NCBI RefSeq assembly: GCF_004010195.1
Contig: NC_057726.1
Coordinates: 30,426,071 to 30,490,070, forward strand
From: Chiloscyllium plagiosum
Taxonomy: Eukaryota
Length of the DNA: 64,000 nt
Direction of reading: 5' to 3'
The notes below the pieces were generated by a model, which ran no database searches, was not told the origin of the DNA, and worked only from the letters and a program-made list of their open reading frames with translations. The translations under genes and the position numbers were made by a program. Positions 24,301-37,072 of this stretch are shown in pieces (position 1 is the first letter of the stretch; each line of letters opens with the position of its first letter).

Positions 24301-25084
24301 GAGTGATAAAAGTTTGTATATATTGTTGTTTGGAAACTTGCATTCTGAGTAGAGATAAATGAGATGAACTTGTATCTAGTTCTATGAAGGTGACAGCTTT
24401 TCTTAAGTGCCAGAAACACATATTTTTAATATTATGTCAAAACTACATTTCTAAAAAAAAGTGACTTAAGCTGAATGACTAGATAAGCTACCTGTGGAGA
24501 TAGTTGTTGAAGAGTTTACTAAGTTGATTTCTTAAAAACCTACACAAAAGGAAGTCAGAGGCCATGAGAAAATTCAGTTCTGAAAATGAAATGATCAATA
24601 CCAAAAGGAGGGGAGCTTAGTTTGGCAATCTCTGGGACTTCAGAACTAGAAGGAAGGCTTAACTGTTTCAGCTGTCCAAGAGACAGAACCAAAAAAAAAG
24701 CCCTGAGATTTTCTTAGACCTCAGTGAGAAAAGACCGATGAGGATGTCTCTGAGAGAGAGAGAGACAGAAGATCTCATCTGATGAATGTTCAAAAATTTT
24801 AAAGTGAAAGTGGGAGTGATGTTTCCCGTTGGTTGTCAGAAGCCTCACACGGACTAGTGAACTTTGGGTGTTCCCATACCAAGGACATTTGAACATGGAC
24901 AGGTGAGCAGGTGTAGGGCAGGTGCTTGGCATTCAAAGATGATAACAACCTTATTTAACAGCCATCTTCGCATCAGCCATTGTCCTCTTCACCTGAAAGC
25001 AAGTTCCCCAGATCCTGCATACTTTATTTACCAGGTTAGTAGCCTCTTCCCATGAAGTAGTCACTTTTGGTAAAGGTAGCTATT

Positions 25085-26010
25085 TTATTTTATGTTCATG
25101 GGGTTTTGATGTCACTGGCTAGGCCAGGATCTTTTGTGCATCACTAACTGCCTGCAAAGATTAGTGGGGTGCTGCCTTATTGAACCATTGCAATCTAGAG
25201 TGTTTTGATTAGATTAGATTACTTACAGTGTGGAAAGAGGCCCTTCGGCCCAACAAGTCCACACCACCCTGCCAAAGCGCAACCCACCCATACCCCTACC
25301 CCTACATTTACCCCTTACCTAACACTACGGGCAATTTAGCATGGCCAATTTACCTGACCTGCACATCTTTGGACTGTGGGAGGAAACCGGAGCACCCGAA
25401 GGAAACCCACGCAGACCCGGGGAGAATGTGCAAACTCCACACAGTCAGTCGCCTGAGGCGGGAATTGAACCCGGGTCTCTGGCGCTGTGAGGCAGCAGTG
25501 CTAATCACTGTGCCACCATGCTGCCCACACTCACAGTTAGAAAGAAAGTCCAGGACTTTGACCCAACAACATTGTATGAATGGTGATATATTTCCAAGTC
25601 AGTATAGTGCGTGGTTTGCAGGGAATTTACAGATTGTGGTCTCCCCATACATCCAGATGGTAATGGTCATGTGTTTGCAAGATGCTGTCAGACAAGCCTT
25701 GATGAGTTCCTGCAGTCCATACTGCCGTCACAACACTAGGAGAAAAAGGAGTAAATGTTGAAGGTGGTGCCAGTCAAATGATCTGCTTTATTCTGGATGG
25801 TGCCAAGCTTCTCGAGTATTGATGGAGCTGCACTTATGCAGGCAACAAGGGAGAATTCCACTGCATTCCTGACATGCGCCTTATTGATGATTGACAACCA
25901 TTCAAGGGACTGAAGATGAGTTACTCACTGCAGAATTCCTAGCCTGTGACCTCTTGTAGCCACAGTTTTTATGTGGCTGGTTCAGTTCCAGTTCTGGGGT
26001 CAATGTAACT
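25085..26010 (-). mobile_element. Same LINE family, 3' end, interrupted by an HE1 SINE
   Basis: Reverse-complement similarity to 13560-14070. Confidence 0.7.
25207..25526 (-). mobile_element. Full-length young HE1 V-SINE
   Basis: Complete head, V-domain and tail, CpG-rich, near-identical to 36441-36761. Confidence 0.93.
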
Positions 26011-27199
26011 CAGACCTGGCCCATACAAGTCAACAGCTTTCTCTGAACTTCATGAATAAGCGTTGACTTGATGATCAAGTTTTATTTGATCAGTTTCCAT
26101 TCAAACAAACTGTATTTATGAAAACATCTGACCTGCTCTCCCCAACAGAGCAAGTGGTTTATATTCCTGCTTAAGAATTGAACTTCTGCCCAAAATGATA
26201 AGAATTTGCAAAGCTCTGCTGGGACATCCTATTAGTGGAAGGTCTCATAACTGTTATCTGCACCTAACCCACTCAAATTTAGGGATGAAGAGTCAGCTAA
26301 GAATTATTTCAGTAACTTTTATTAGGCCACAGTTAACCTTGAAAATAATGCATCCACAGCAATTTCAATATAATCTTGGCAATCTACTGGAACAAGCTAA
26401 ATTCACACTATCAGCTGATGTGTTATTTCATTTGCCTGATAAGGTTTGAACCTATTGGTTGCTACCTTAACAAGTGTTATTACTCACAGAAATAATAAAG
26501 ATGTGCACTTTAGACATATGGGGAAAGATTTTGGTATTTAATGCTTGGACGTTAAGCATAATCTGATAGAGAATAGGGAAGCAAATAAGGCAACCCAATA
26601 CCAGGGCCCACTGACTTTTCTTTCATCAGATTGGGATCATAGTTTGGGTTCATTTCCAGGATACGTGGGATGTTGTGCTCAACATCATCCAACCAATGAT
26701 TCCTATTGCTGCTGGAAAAAAAAAGTGTGAAATGTGAGGATCCCTGTAAGTCTATTCAGGACCTAAATATATGAATGAATAACAGAAATGGGGCTCAAGG
26801 TGAAATAGGATTTTCTACAAACTCACTTTGGCATGACCATGTTTCAAAGGTACTGATTATAAGTGCTGGCCAACACTTATCTGAAAGCCTCCTGGTTTCT
26901 CGGGACTACTGCAAATTCCTGCTGCTCCAGTAAACTGGAACCACTACTGAGCCATTACTGGTATTATAACCTCCCTGGTTAGTCAAGTCAATTCTATACC
27001 ACGGTTTTGGATAAGATCATAAAGATTGCTGAAGTCTCCTGTTTTCATCTCAAATGCCATTTGTAAAATTTATTTTGTGGTAAAATACAAAATGATTTGG
27101 CATAAAACTACAAAAACACATAAGGGCATTAGATTAAAAACTAGATTTCATTAAAAGGTCACATAAACTAAATCTAACATCTCTCTGACGAAGCGGATC

Positions 27200-28320
27200 G
27201 ATTTTTTATGTGTGAGAACATTATATCTTTCTTTGCCAGCAATAGATATAAAACAAAAAGGGGATATTTCTGGAAAGTGCAGAATGGATGCATACCAACA
27301 AATAAGGACAATTTTAAGGGATGGACCAGCCATCTGTGGTTAACTAGAAAAGTTATCAAATTCGAAGAAAAAACATATAATTGTGCAAGGATAGGTGACA
27401 GGGTAGAACTTGGACAGATAAGAGAAACAGCAAGGAATTATAAAAGATAAACAAGGAGGGAAGTCTTCACTAAACAAAATTAAAGTAACATGCCATAAAA
27501 ACCTGTAACCGGGAAGTGAAAAGGAAAGATGAACTTAAGAAAATCACAATGATCAGTGAAGAAGTACAGAGTAAATTGTAGGAACTGCAAGTTATCAAAC
27601 CTCATGTCCTGATAGATTTCATCCTAAAATTTTAAATTAGTGAGATAGTTGATGCATTGGTTTTAATTCTCCAAAGAGTAAGTTCTTTTAGACTGGAAAA
27701 AACAAAGTAACTCCTTCATTCAAAAGGGAAGGAAAGCCTGAAATAGGAAAACTACAGGCCAGTTAGCTTAACATCTGTCATAGGGAAAATGGTAAAAGCT
27801 ATTATTAAAGACATAATGATTGGGGCATTGAGATAGGTTAAAGGTAATCAAGCAGAGATGATGTGGTTTTGTCAAAGAGAAATTTTGTGTAACTAATTTA
27901 TTGGAATTCTTTGAAGAAATAGCTTATGCAGTGAATAAAGGAGAACCAACGGATGCATTGTACTTAGATTTCCAGAAAGTATTTTATAAGGTACCACATC
28001 AAAGGTTATTGCAGAAACTAAAAGCTTCAGGTACTTGGGTCATGGCTTAAAAATAGAGGGTCATTCATTTTAGACAAGAATGAAGAAAAAAGTACTCTAG
28101 AAGATTATGTGGCTTTGGAATTCCCCTTCTCAAAACACAATGGATGCTGAATCTTAAAATATTTTTAAGGCAGAAGAATATAAGAATGAAAGTCTACCAA
28201 AGGTCTGCAGAAATATCGAGTTGAAGTTAAAATCAGATCAGCCATGATCCTATTCAATGGGTGAACAAGTTAGAAGGGCTGAGTGGCCTACAATTTATTC
28301 TTTGTTCATATGTTTGTCCA
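27200..28320 (+). mobile_element. Decayed CR1 LINE
   Basis: NYRPVSLTSVIGK and LYLDFQK motifs near 27750-27980, followed by a CR1-type 3' UTR. Confidence 0.8.
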
Positions 28321-28576
28321 TTTGTAAGAAAGAATTTGCGGCTAGAATTGTGGGTTGTTATTGTGTAGATAAAGACAATGATCAATTGCTATACAAGTTC
28401 TCACTAACAGCAATGGGAGAAATAATTGGATAATAGAGATTTTATGAGGTCTTTAAAGGGAGATTTTGATCGGGACATAAAGTTCAATGATATCTTTATT
28501 ATTTATGTGAACTATGGTAGTAAACAGACAGAACCTGCAATTCCAGCAATGCAGTGCTCTGTCAATACAAACTTTA

Positions 28577-28878
28577 GGGCTGCACGGTAGCTCAGTGGTT
28601 AGCGCCTGGGTTCAATTCCCACGTCGGGTGACTGTCTGTGTGGAGTTTGCACATTCTCCCAGTGTCTGTATGGCTTTCCTCCAGGTGTTCCAGTTTCCTC
28701 CCACATTCCAAAAGATGTGCAGGTCAGGTGAATTGGCCATGCTAAATTGCCCATAGTATTAGGTGCATTAGTCAGGGGTAAATGTAGGAAATGAGTCTGG
28801 GTGGGTTACTCTTCAGAGGGTCGGTGTGAACTTGTTGGGCTGAAAGGCCTGTTTCTACATTGTAGGAAATCTAATCTT
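28577..28878 (+). mobile_element. HE1 V-SINE
   Basis: Head, V-domain and AATCT tail. Confidence 0.9.
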
Positions 28879-29302
28879 AGCAATTAGTCTGGATTATATG
28901 TATAAGTCTTGCAGTAAGGCTTAAACCTACAATATTCTGACTGAAGGAAGAGTGTCACTATCTGAAGTAAGCTTTTATTCTTATGCCAACCTTTTAAAAA
29001 TAATAACAAAATAGCAGATTTACTCTGAGTTCCTTCAGCAGAGAAAGATTAAAGACATGACATAATGAGAATATGAGGTCTTTGGACAAACATCAATAAT
29101 AGTACAGAGGAGGCCAAGTGTCACAGAAATGTTAGGAGAGATGCCCAGAGGTGTGGTCACAGAAATGTAAAGGTGTGGGGAAGTACATTTGGCAGGGATT
29201 TTCAGAAAGCACTTCATTTGAGTGGAGTGGAGAGGAATAACATACAAGATCAATGTCAGAGCCAGTGGATTAATGGCCAAGGAGGGGAATAACATTGAAG
29301 AA

Positions 29303-29527
29303 GGTTGAACACTTTAACTCCCCTTCCCACTCCGCCAAGGACATGCAGGTCCTTGGCCTCCTCCATCGCCTTAGCCTGCTTGGCACACCTTCCTCATTCC
29401 TGAAGAAGGGCTTATGCCCGAAACGTCGATTCTCCTTCTCTTTTGATGCTGCCTGACCTGCTGTGCTTTTCCAGCAACACATTTTTAAGCTCTGATCCCC
29501 AGCATCTGCAGTCCTCACTTTCTCCTT
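29303..29527 (+). mobile_element. Internally deleted Neptune-type PLE with intact hammerhead core (29396-29431)
   Basis: The EHFNSPSHSAKDMQVLGLLH coding piece is joined directly to a terminal repeat containing CTGAAGAAGGGCTTATGCCCGAAACGTCGA. Confidence 0.85.
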
Positions 29528-29895
29528 AGGTTGTGGAAGGATTGTAATGAAAATCAAGGGTTTTGAAGTTCAATCATCTGAATAAGCCAAATCTAGATCA
29601 GTCAAAAGGATGGAAGTGAGGGAAGATATATTCGGTGAGACAGAAAATGCTTGAGTATACTGATACTTTAGAAATATATACTTGAGGCAAGAATGTATCC
29701 ATTTTCACCAATGCATAATCTTGAGTTTCTCATACATATAATATATTTATGTTTTACAATTGGATACTAAAATCCTTACTCCAAAAGAAGAAAGATGTCA
29801 AATGGCATAGAATCAAGATTAAATTAATAACAAAGATATCAAGGGTTGTGTGCCTCATACTGTAACCCAGAATCATTTTATATTCTATTACTACT

Positions 29896-30191
29896 GTTAG
29901 CACTGTTGCCTCACAGCGCCAGAGACCCGGGTTCACTTCCCGCCTCAGGCGACTGACTGTGTGGAGTTTGCACGTTCTCCCCGTGTCTGCGTGGGTTTCC
30001 TCCGGGTGCTCCGGTTTCCTCCCACAGTCCAAAAATGTGCAGGGTCAGGTGAATTGGCCATGCTAAATTGCCCGTAGTGTTAGGTAAGGGGTAAATGTAG
30101 GGGTATGGGTGGGTTCGCTTCGGCGGGTCGGTGTGGACTTGTTGGGCCGAAGGGCCTGTTTCCACACTGTAATGTAATCTAATCTAATCTA
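29896..30191 (+). mobile_element. Young HE1 V-SINE (slightly 5'-truncated)
   Basis: CpG-rich, (TAATC)n tail. Confidence 0.93.
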
Positions 30192-30309
30192 CTATCATGC
30201 CAGAGGATTATAGATGAACATCTATAAATTATAATGCCATTATGAACTTAATAATTAAGAGGGCAGGAGGCAGTTAAAGAATAAGTCACATTGCTGATGT
30301 CTGATGTCA

Positions 30310-30530
30310 CAATTAGTCCAGACAATGATGACAACGTTCCTTCCTAAAAGGGTTTCAGTGAATTATATAGGTTTTATTACTACAGCTATATGGTTTCCAT
30401 TAGACTAGCTTTTTATTTGAATTTTTCATTGAATTCAAATTTCACTGACAGAATCTGAAAGATATCCCTCGAAGATTAGCCGAGTATCCTGGATTAATAA
30501 TCCTATGACATTTCCACCAATCCGATGCTT
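30310..30530 (-). mobile_element. Decayed copy of a second SINE family (see 43295)
   Basis: TTGAATTCAAATTT core and CTGGATTAATAATCC head, reverse complement of 43295-43612. Confidence 0.55.
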
Positions 30531-31537
30531 CTGCCTCCATTGTGCAAAGTTGTGAAGTATGAAGTACCCATTTAACTTAACTCTCTATCGCTAATATAAA
30601 CAACAGTTGATCAAAGTTATGTTGTGAGGTATTAGTGTACAAATATTCATTTTGTACTTGTAAGTGTCTCTTTTACTATGGTAGCGAGAAATGTTCCACA
30701 CAAACATAGGTTTGAACATAATTTCATATGAAGTGAACTGCTGAACACGTCACAAACAATAGAGAATTTAATAAGTTGAAAAGTTAAACAGCTACACAAA
30801 TAAACTTGATTAGTTTTTTTGTTTAATAGCAAATTACATACCTACTGGGACTTTTTAAAGGAACTAAATACAGAAAATACCTTGCACAAATGGACTGGAA
30901 ACTCCCAGAATGTAAACAGTGGGGAAGAGCAAAATGAGATTTCAATAGAACCTAACCTTACTACTGAGCAATAACAATGCGTCACCTGAAATGTGATCTT
31001 TCTATGTATCTTCAGGACATTATCTGATTGTTGTTGCCATGAAATTGTCAGTAATTATTTCTTTATCATTTTACTCAGGGAAATCTTTGATATAAACAGC
31101 TTGGATACCAGTTATCCCAGATAACTCACAAGTGGATTTGGGGTCTATCTTGAGAAAGAATGGAGTCCTGGTCAAGGCAGGGCTTGAGTCTTGATTTAGT
31201 CTCAGATTTTGTCATGATTTTCTTGAGCCCAGCAAACACATATGTATCACACCTATTCCCTCAACCCCCAATTTCAGCCATCTATTTTATTTCTGCTATT
31301 TGATCAGTATTCTACCAAATCATCCCTTTCAAGGCCAAATACATTTCTTTCCTCAATAACTGTATCCACTATACCTACTTTTTTCCCCTTGTCCAGTCTC
31401 TGTTGAACTATAATTGTGACACTCTTGTAGGACTCTGTCACTTTAACAGTTTCCAATCTCCTTGGCCCAATAGTTTTCTTCTCACTATGGGTGTCCACTA
31501 CTCCTCCACCCTCCACCAGAAAGGTCTGAGGTGTCTA

Positions 31538-31714
31538 CAGAAGAACCTCGATTATCCAAATGACACACGCAGGGAGAGTATTTTGTTTGGATAATCAAAT
31601 GTTCGGATAATCAGATGCTGGATGACACAGTTTTTCCAAGCATTGGGACCTCGCGATCTTGCCGGATAATCCGAAATTTGGATAATCAAATGTTGGATAA
31701 TCGAGGCTCCTCTG
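31538..31714. mobile_element. Tc1/mariner (pogo/Tigger-like) MITE
   Basis: TIRs CAGAAGAACCTCGATTATCC / GGATAATCGAGGCTCCTCTG, TA on both sides, internal GGATAATC subterminal repeats. Confidence 0.88.
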
Positions 31715-31974
31715 TATATTTCTTCCTTAAACAAGAGTGTAACCAATCCCCATCCACTACCTTCTTCCCTCAAAATAGCTGAACTAGTTCTTACATCGAT
31801 CAACTTCTCCTTTAACTCCATTTCCTCTAAATAAAAGGTGCTTTATGATGGGAATGTGTACAAATAACATTCAGGGCTATTTTTCTGTGAGATATGTAAA
31901 ACATTCTTTGTTCCAGTTCCACTCATGTCCCCTCCCTCATTCTTTTTCCATGATGATTGTGTTGATGCTGTTTA

Positions 31975-32303
31975 GAATTATAGAATCCCTACAGTGTGGA
32001 AGCAGGCCTTTCAGCCCAGTGAGGCCACACCAACCCTCCAGAGACCATTCTCCCCGAACTCACATCCCTACCCTATCCTATCCATGTAATTCTGTATTTC
32101 TTATCGCTGACCCACCTAGCCTGCACACTATGACAAATTTAGTGTGGCCAAACCACTCAACCTGCACATCTTTCGACTGTGGGAGGAAATTGAAGCATCT
32201 AAAGGAAATGGGGATAGTGTGCAAACTCCACACGGACAGTTGCCCGAAGGTGAAATTGAACCTGGGTTCCTGGTACAGTGAGGCAACCACTGAGCCGCCA
32301 TGT
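31975..32303 (-). mobile_element. Older HE1-type V-SINE
   Basis: V-domain and CR1-like tail. Confidence 0.85.
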
Positions 32304-33750
32304 CACTCACTTCCTCATTCTGAAGTGGAAAATATTTAATTTAATGGCTTCCAATTTTTATTTTTTCCTTGCACACATGGTGCATATCCAATTCTTCTCT
32401 TCCTTTTCTCAGCTTCACTAACTCAATTCCTCAAATTAGGCTATCAACCAATATCCACACTGACCCGACTGACTGTCCCAGCACCTCAACTGCAGTTTCT
32501 CACATCCCATTTTTAGTAAGAGTTCTGTTCCATTCCCCTCATTTCTCTATCACGGTCACATCTTTGACACTGCCATTTTTGTACCGGCACTTCCAACATG
32601 TCTTCCCTTTCCTCAACCAAGAATTATCCCCATTGTGGTTGAGAAGCCCTCACACTGTTTGGTCGGTTTTCCATATTCTGTTCTCACCTCTTCCTCACCC
32701 TCCCAGTGCTATATTTTGGTTCTCATTGTCCAGCATCCTGATTTAACATAACAATCTCCAGTATTCTTGCATTGCCTCCAGCATAATGACACCACCAAAC
32801 CCATCTTCCTCTTTGCAACTTTCAGAACAGAGCGTTCCCTCTGCTATGGCGTATCTACTTTTCAATCATCCCCAGGACTTTGTTGCATTCCATGACACTT
32901 TCCCAAGTAAGGAGATGTTATACTTGATCTTTTCATTTCCCCCTTTCCACAATCCAAGTCTCCAAACATTCCTTTCAACTGAAAGAGTGATTTCCTTGTC
33001 CTTCTTTCAATTTATATTGTTTATTTATTGCTCACAACATGGGCAGGATTAACATGCATTCGATGAATTCTCTGAAAAGCATCTTGTTCAGTTTGAAACA
33101 TGATCATGAGGTTCCAGTTGTCTGTCATTTTAATTCCTTGTCCCACTTCCTCTCTGGTCTTTCTGTCCTCAAGCTTCTCCATACTACTTAAGTCAGTCTC
33201 AAAAGGTAGTTTTAAGAAATAGCCCCTCATCTTTTGTTTGGATACTTTGCAGCCTTCTGAACTTAATATTGAATTCCACAATTTCAGATTATCTGCTCTG
33301 CTCCTTTTTTTGATTGCGTCTCCGGACACACCAGAGTCACTGAGTATCTTCGGCATTTTCTATTTTTATTTCACATTTCCCCATGCCCTGCCCCCACCAA
33401 TCACAGTTACTTGACCAAAACTCTTCAGTTAAAATTTCCAACCTTGTTACTGGAAAGTCGTGGGGGTGTCCCGATGTACTCCTAGTTAGTTATAGAGAAG
33501 GGAGAGTACAGGGAAGACACATCTCTTCACAAACCATGATGAGATAGTCCAAGGAATTCTGGGCTAATGTTTGCTCATTCATCTCATTTACTCCATGGGT
33601 AACTTTGTCCAGTTGGCAATAATGGCTTTAATTTAAACACAGTTCTTTGGTTGTGAAGAATGTCACGAAAGCCCTGAAGATTTACTACACAAATGTCATT
33701 CAAATCTCTTTAGGTGCAATGAGAAAATTAAGCCTGCCAACTATAATATA

Positions 33751-33949
33751 GAGTCAAAAAGCACAGTGCTGGAAAAAGCACAGCAGGTCAGGCAATATCT
33801 GAGGAGCAGGAGAGTCAACGTTTCAGACATTAGGATTCCTGAAACATTGACTCTCCTGATTCTCGAGTGCTGCCTGACCTGCTGTGCTTTTTACAGTGCC
33901 ACGCTTTTCGGCTCTGATTTTCCCATATCTGCAGTTCTCACTTTCTCCT
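33751..33949. mobile_element. Fold-back PLE derivative with 12-bp TSD
   Basis: Inverted halves; AACTATAATATA at 33739-33750 and 33950-33961. Confidence 0.8.
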
Positions 33950-34082
33950 AACTATAATATATAGATTTAAAGCATTCACTCAGCAGACAAGTAGAGCATC
34001 CTGCCCGATTGCTTCATGTTGGTGTTGTGTTCCATGAGTTTCCTCCCACCCAACTTCACCTAACCCAATCAACAAAGCATTC

Positions 34083-34297
34083 GATCTAATAAAATAAAGA
34101 ACTGCAGATGCTGGAAATCTGAAACAAAAACAGTAATTGCTGGATGAACTCTGCAAGTATGGCGGCATCTGTAGAGAGAACGTAAAGTTTATATTTCAAG
34201 TCCAATAATCCTGAGTCACAAAGGTGACAAACTCTGTTTTTCTCTTCACAGATACTGCCAGACCTGCAGAGTTTCTTTAACAATTTTGTTTTGGTTT
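34083..34297. mobile_element. Older fold-back PLE derivative with 10-bp TSD, nested in a CR1 3' UTR (33960-34600, minus)
   Basis: CAAAGCATTC at 34073-34082 and 34298-34307; inverted CTGCAGATGCTGG/CAGATACTGCCAGACCTGC halves. Confidence 0.7.
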
Positions 34298-34617
34298 CAA
34301 AGCATTCTATGTCTTTCCCCCTCATGTATGTAACTAACTTCCCCTTATACATATCCATGGTACTCAACTCAATCATTCCATGTAGCAGTAAGTTTCTCTT
34401 AAACTGTTCTAGTTTCACAAGTGACAATCTTTAATTTATCATCCTTAATTTTGGCACCTCTGACAAGCAGAACAGCTTCTCTGTCAGCACCCTATTGACC
34501 AATTAATAATTTTAAAGTGCTCGATCAGATCATATCTCAGCCTTCACTTTACAAGAGAAAAGTGCCATTGGTCTAATCTTCCAAAACTAATACAGTAATT
34601 TCTCCATTCTGATGTAT

Positions 34618-34921
34618 GATTAGATTACTTACAGTGTGGAAACAGGCCCTTCAGCCTAACAAGCCCACACCGACCTGCTGAAGCACAACCAACTCAGACC
34701 CATTCCCCTACACCTAACACTACAGGCAATTTAGCATGGCCAATTCACCTACCCTGCATATTTTTGGATTGTGGGAGGAAACCGGAGCACCTGGAGGAAA
34801 CCCACACAGACACGGGGAGAATGTGCAAACTCCACACAGTCAGTCGCCTGAGGCGAGAATTGAATGCGGGTCTCTGGCGCTGTGAGGCAGCAGTGCTAAT
34901 CACTGTGCCACCGTGCCGCCC
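34618..34921 (-). mobile_element. HE1 V-SINE
   Basis: Full head GGGCGGCACGGTGGCACAGTG, V-domain and tail. Confidence 0.93.
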
Positions 34922-35479
34922 ATCAACTGGGCAGCACGTATGTGTTCATCAATTTTCATTAGAGTGAAATTTGTCTTAGGAATTGTATGAAATGGATGGT
35001 ATTAGACTAAATGTCTATTATACACAGTACCTGACAATCAGTCATTCGTTGGCAATGGAATTAAATGTCAGGCACTGCATATAACCAACATAGATATTAT
35101 ACCACTGCTTGGGATAAAATGTTATTCTGGCGTTTTTTGCAAATCTCTCACTTTCTTCATAATCATCCTAGTTGAAGAACTTAAGAAATAGGAGCAGAAA
35201 CTTAAACACATTGAGCCTCCTCCTGTCAATAGGATTATGACTGATATTTGGCCTTAACTCTACCTCCTTAACCACTCCTCTCTGCACCCAGACCATTGAT
35301 GCTTGCTAGTAATTGACAGGTTTCATTATGGAACAGTGATTTTAGCCCACTCCCTGACAACTATCTGAGGCTATTTGTCACCCTTGTGTCATGTTTGACT
35401 CTGAAATAATCTTCCAATAGTATTGCTAAGGCCACAATTTCATTTTCAGAGCATCATGCACTACTTTGTCCCAAACATG

Positions 35480-36160
35480 GCTCATTTTCTTTTGAAACAC
35501 TCAATTATGTTTCTCTTTAATTTGGACAATTAATTTAATACACATCAAAGACATCTTGGAAATGACTGCCAGACTACTCAGACCCCTTGGCATCATGGTA
35601 GCCCACAAACCCACCAACACAAAAACAGCAGCTAATGAACTTGAAAGACCCTCTACAGACAACAAGCAAAACTAATGTAATTTACAAAATACCTTGCAAG
35701 AATTGTAACAAACACTACATTGGACAAACAGGCAGAAAACTAGCCACCGGGATACATAAACATCTAATAGCCACAAAAAAGACCTGACCCAATTTCACTA
35801 GTATTCTTACATACAGATGAGGAAGGGCACCACTTTGATTGGGACAACACATCCATCCTAGGACAAGCCAAACAGAGACATGTATGAGAATTCCTATAAG
35901 CATGGCATTCTAACCAGAACTCTATAAACAAACACATTGACTTGGATCCCATTTACCACCCCCGAGAAAAAGAACTGGCAATGGCATCACCATAGGAAAT
36001 GACATCAATATGGGAAATGACATCACCAACCCAAGGAAACCTAAATACGTAAATAGAAAGCAGGCTATACCACCAGTGCTTCATCTGGAGGCTCACTGAA
36101 GATGTTATCTAGTATGGTGATGAAACGTCTGAAAATGAAACTTCCAGCTCAGAGCGCAAA
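35480..36160 (+). mobile_element. Poseidon-type PLE: GIY-YIG domain and terminal repeat
   Basis: KTNVIYKIPCKNCNKHYIGQTGRKLATGIHKH...EGHHFDWDNTSILGQAK..EFL. Hammerhead TCA-CTGAAGA-T-GTTATC-TAGTAT-GGTGAT-GAAAC-GTC-TGA at 36093-36132. Confidence 0.9.
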
Positions 36161-36440
36161 GTACACTCCTGTGCCTGAACTTCCATGTCCTGGCCACTGT
36201 AAGGTCAATGTCTAAAAATCTGCTACTTGTGTCCTAACTCACTTTGAGCCGCAAATACCCATCAACCTGATGCTTGCTGACTTGTATTAGTTCCTGGTTA
36301 AGCAATACTTGGATTTTAAAATATTTTCCTTATTTTCAGTTCATTTCATGGTCTTTGCCCTGACTATCTCTGCATTCTCCTCCAAATCCACAATCCTTAG
36401 AGATAGCTGCACTTTACTAATTGTGGCCCCTTGAGCATTC

Positions 36441-36761
36441 TTAGATTAGATTACTTAGATTACTTACAGTATGGAAACAGGCCCTTCGGCCCAACAAGTC
36501 CACACCGCCCCGCCGAAGCGCAACCCACCCATACTCCTACATCTACCCCTTACCTAACACTACAGGCAATTTAGCATGGCCAATTCACCTGACCTGCACA
36601 TCTTTGGACTGTGGGAGGAAACCGGAGCACCCGGAGGAAACCCACGCAGACACGGGGAGAATGTGCAAACTCCACACAGTCAGTCGCCTGAGGCGGGAAT
36701 TGAACCCGGGTCTCTGGCGCTGTGAGGCAGCAGTGCTAACCACTGTGCCACCGTGCCGCCC
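36441..36761 (-). mobile_element. Full-length young HE1 V-SINE
   Basis: Complete, CpG-rich, with a duplicated AAGTAATCT tail. Confidence 0.95.
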
Positions 36762-36774
36762 ACTAAAATGAAAC

Positions 36775-36940
36775 TGGGTAGAGATTAGCACGGCCAATGC
36801 CCATAACTGGACTGTGGGAGGAAACCGGAGCAAACCACGCAGACAGGGCAAATCCCACAGGGACAATCGCCTCAGGTTGGAATCGAACCCAGGTCCCAAG
36901 TGCCATGAAGCAGCAATGCTAACCACTGAGCCACCGTGCT
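36775..36940 (-). mobile_element. Short divergent V-SINE monomer lacking the tail
   Basis: GCACGGTGGCTCAGTGGTTAGCATTGC...GGTTCGATTCC boxes and a partial V-domain. Confidence 0.8.
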
Positions 36941-36998
36941 AACCCCAAAGCCACGGCGAACACTGACACAGCCCTGCTAACGACGGAAGCGCCTCACA

Positions 36999-37072
36999 TG
37001 ATCAGTGTGGGGATTGAACCCACGACCTTGGCGTTATTAGCACCACGCTCTAACCAGCTGAGCTAACCGACC
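36999..37072 (-). tRNA. TRNAI-AAU: tRNA-Ile(AAT) gene or retrocopy
   Basis: GGTCGGTTAGCTCAGCTGGTTAGAGCGTGGTGCTAATAACGCCAAGGTCGTGGGTTCAATCCCCACACTGATCA: 74-nt cloverleaf, anticodon AAT, acceptor stem with two G-U pairs, intact A and B boxes. No encoded CCA and no nearby T4 terminator. Confidence 0.88.

Larger units (their letters stand above)
31270..33360 (+). mobile_element. Old PLE (RT to GIY-YIG), heavily decayed, with nested MITE and SINE
   Basis: LLTMGV..ST.HQKGLR (cf. PLE TMDVQSLYTSIPHQDGL); C-terminal LDTLQPSELNIEF. Confidence 0.7.

Noticed and set aside
25228-25761. ORFs containing DCGRKPEHPEETHADTGRMCKLHT (also 2807, 29754, 34764)
   Set aside because: Antisense translation of the V-SINE core, not protein genes.
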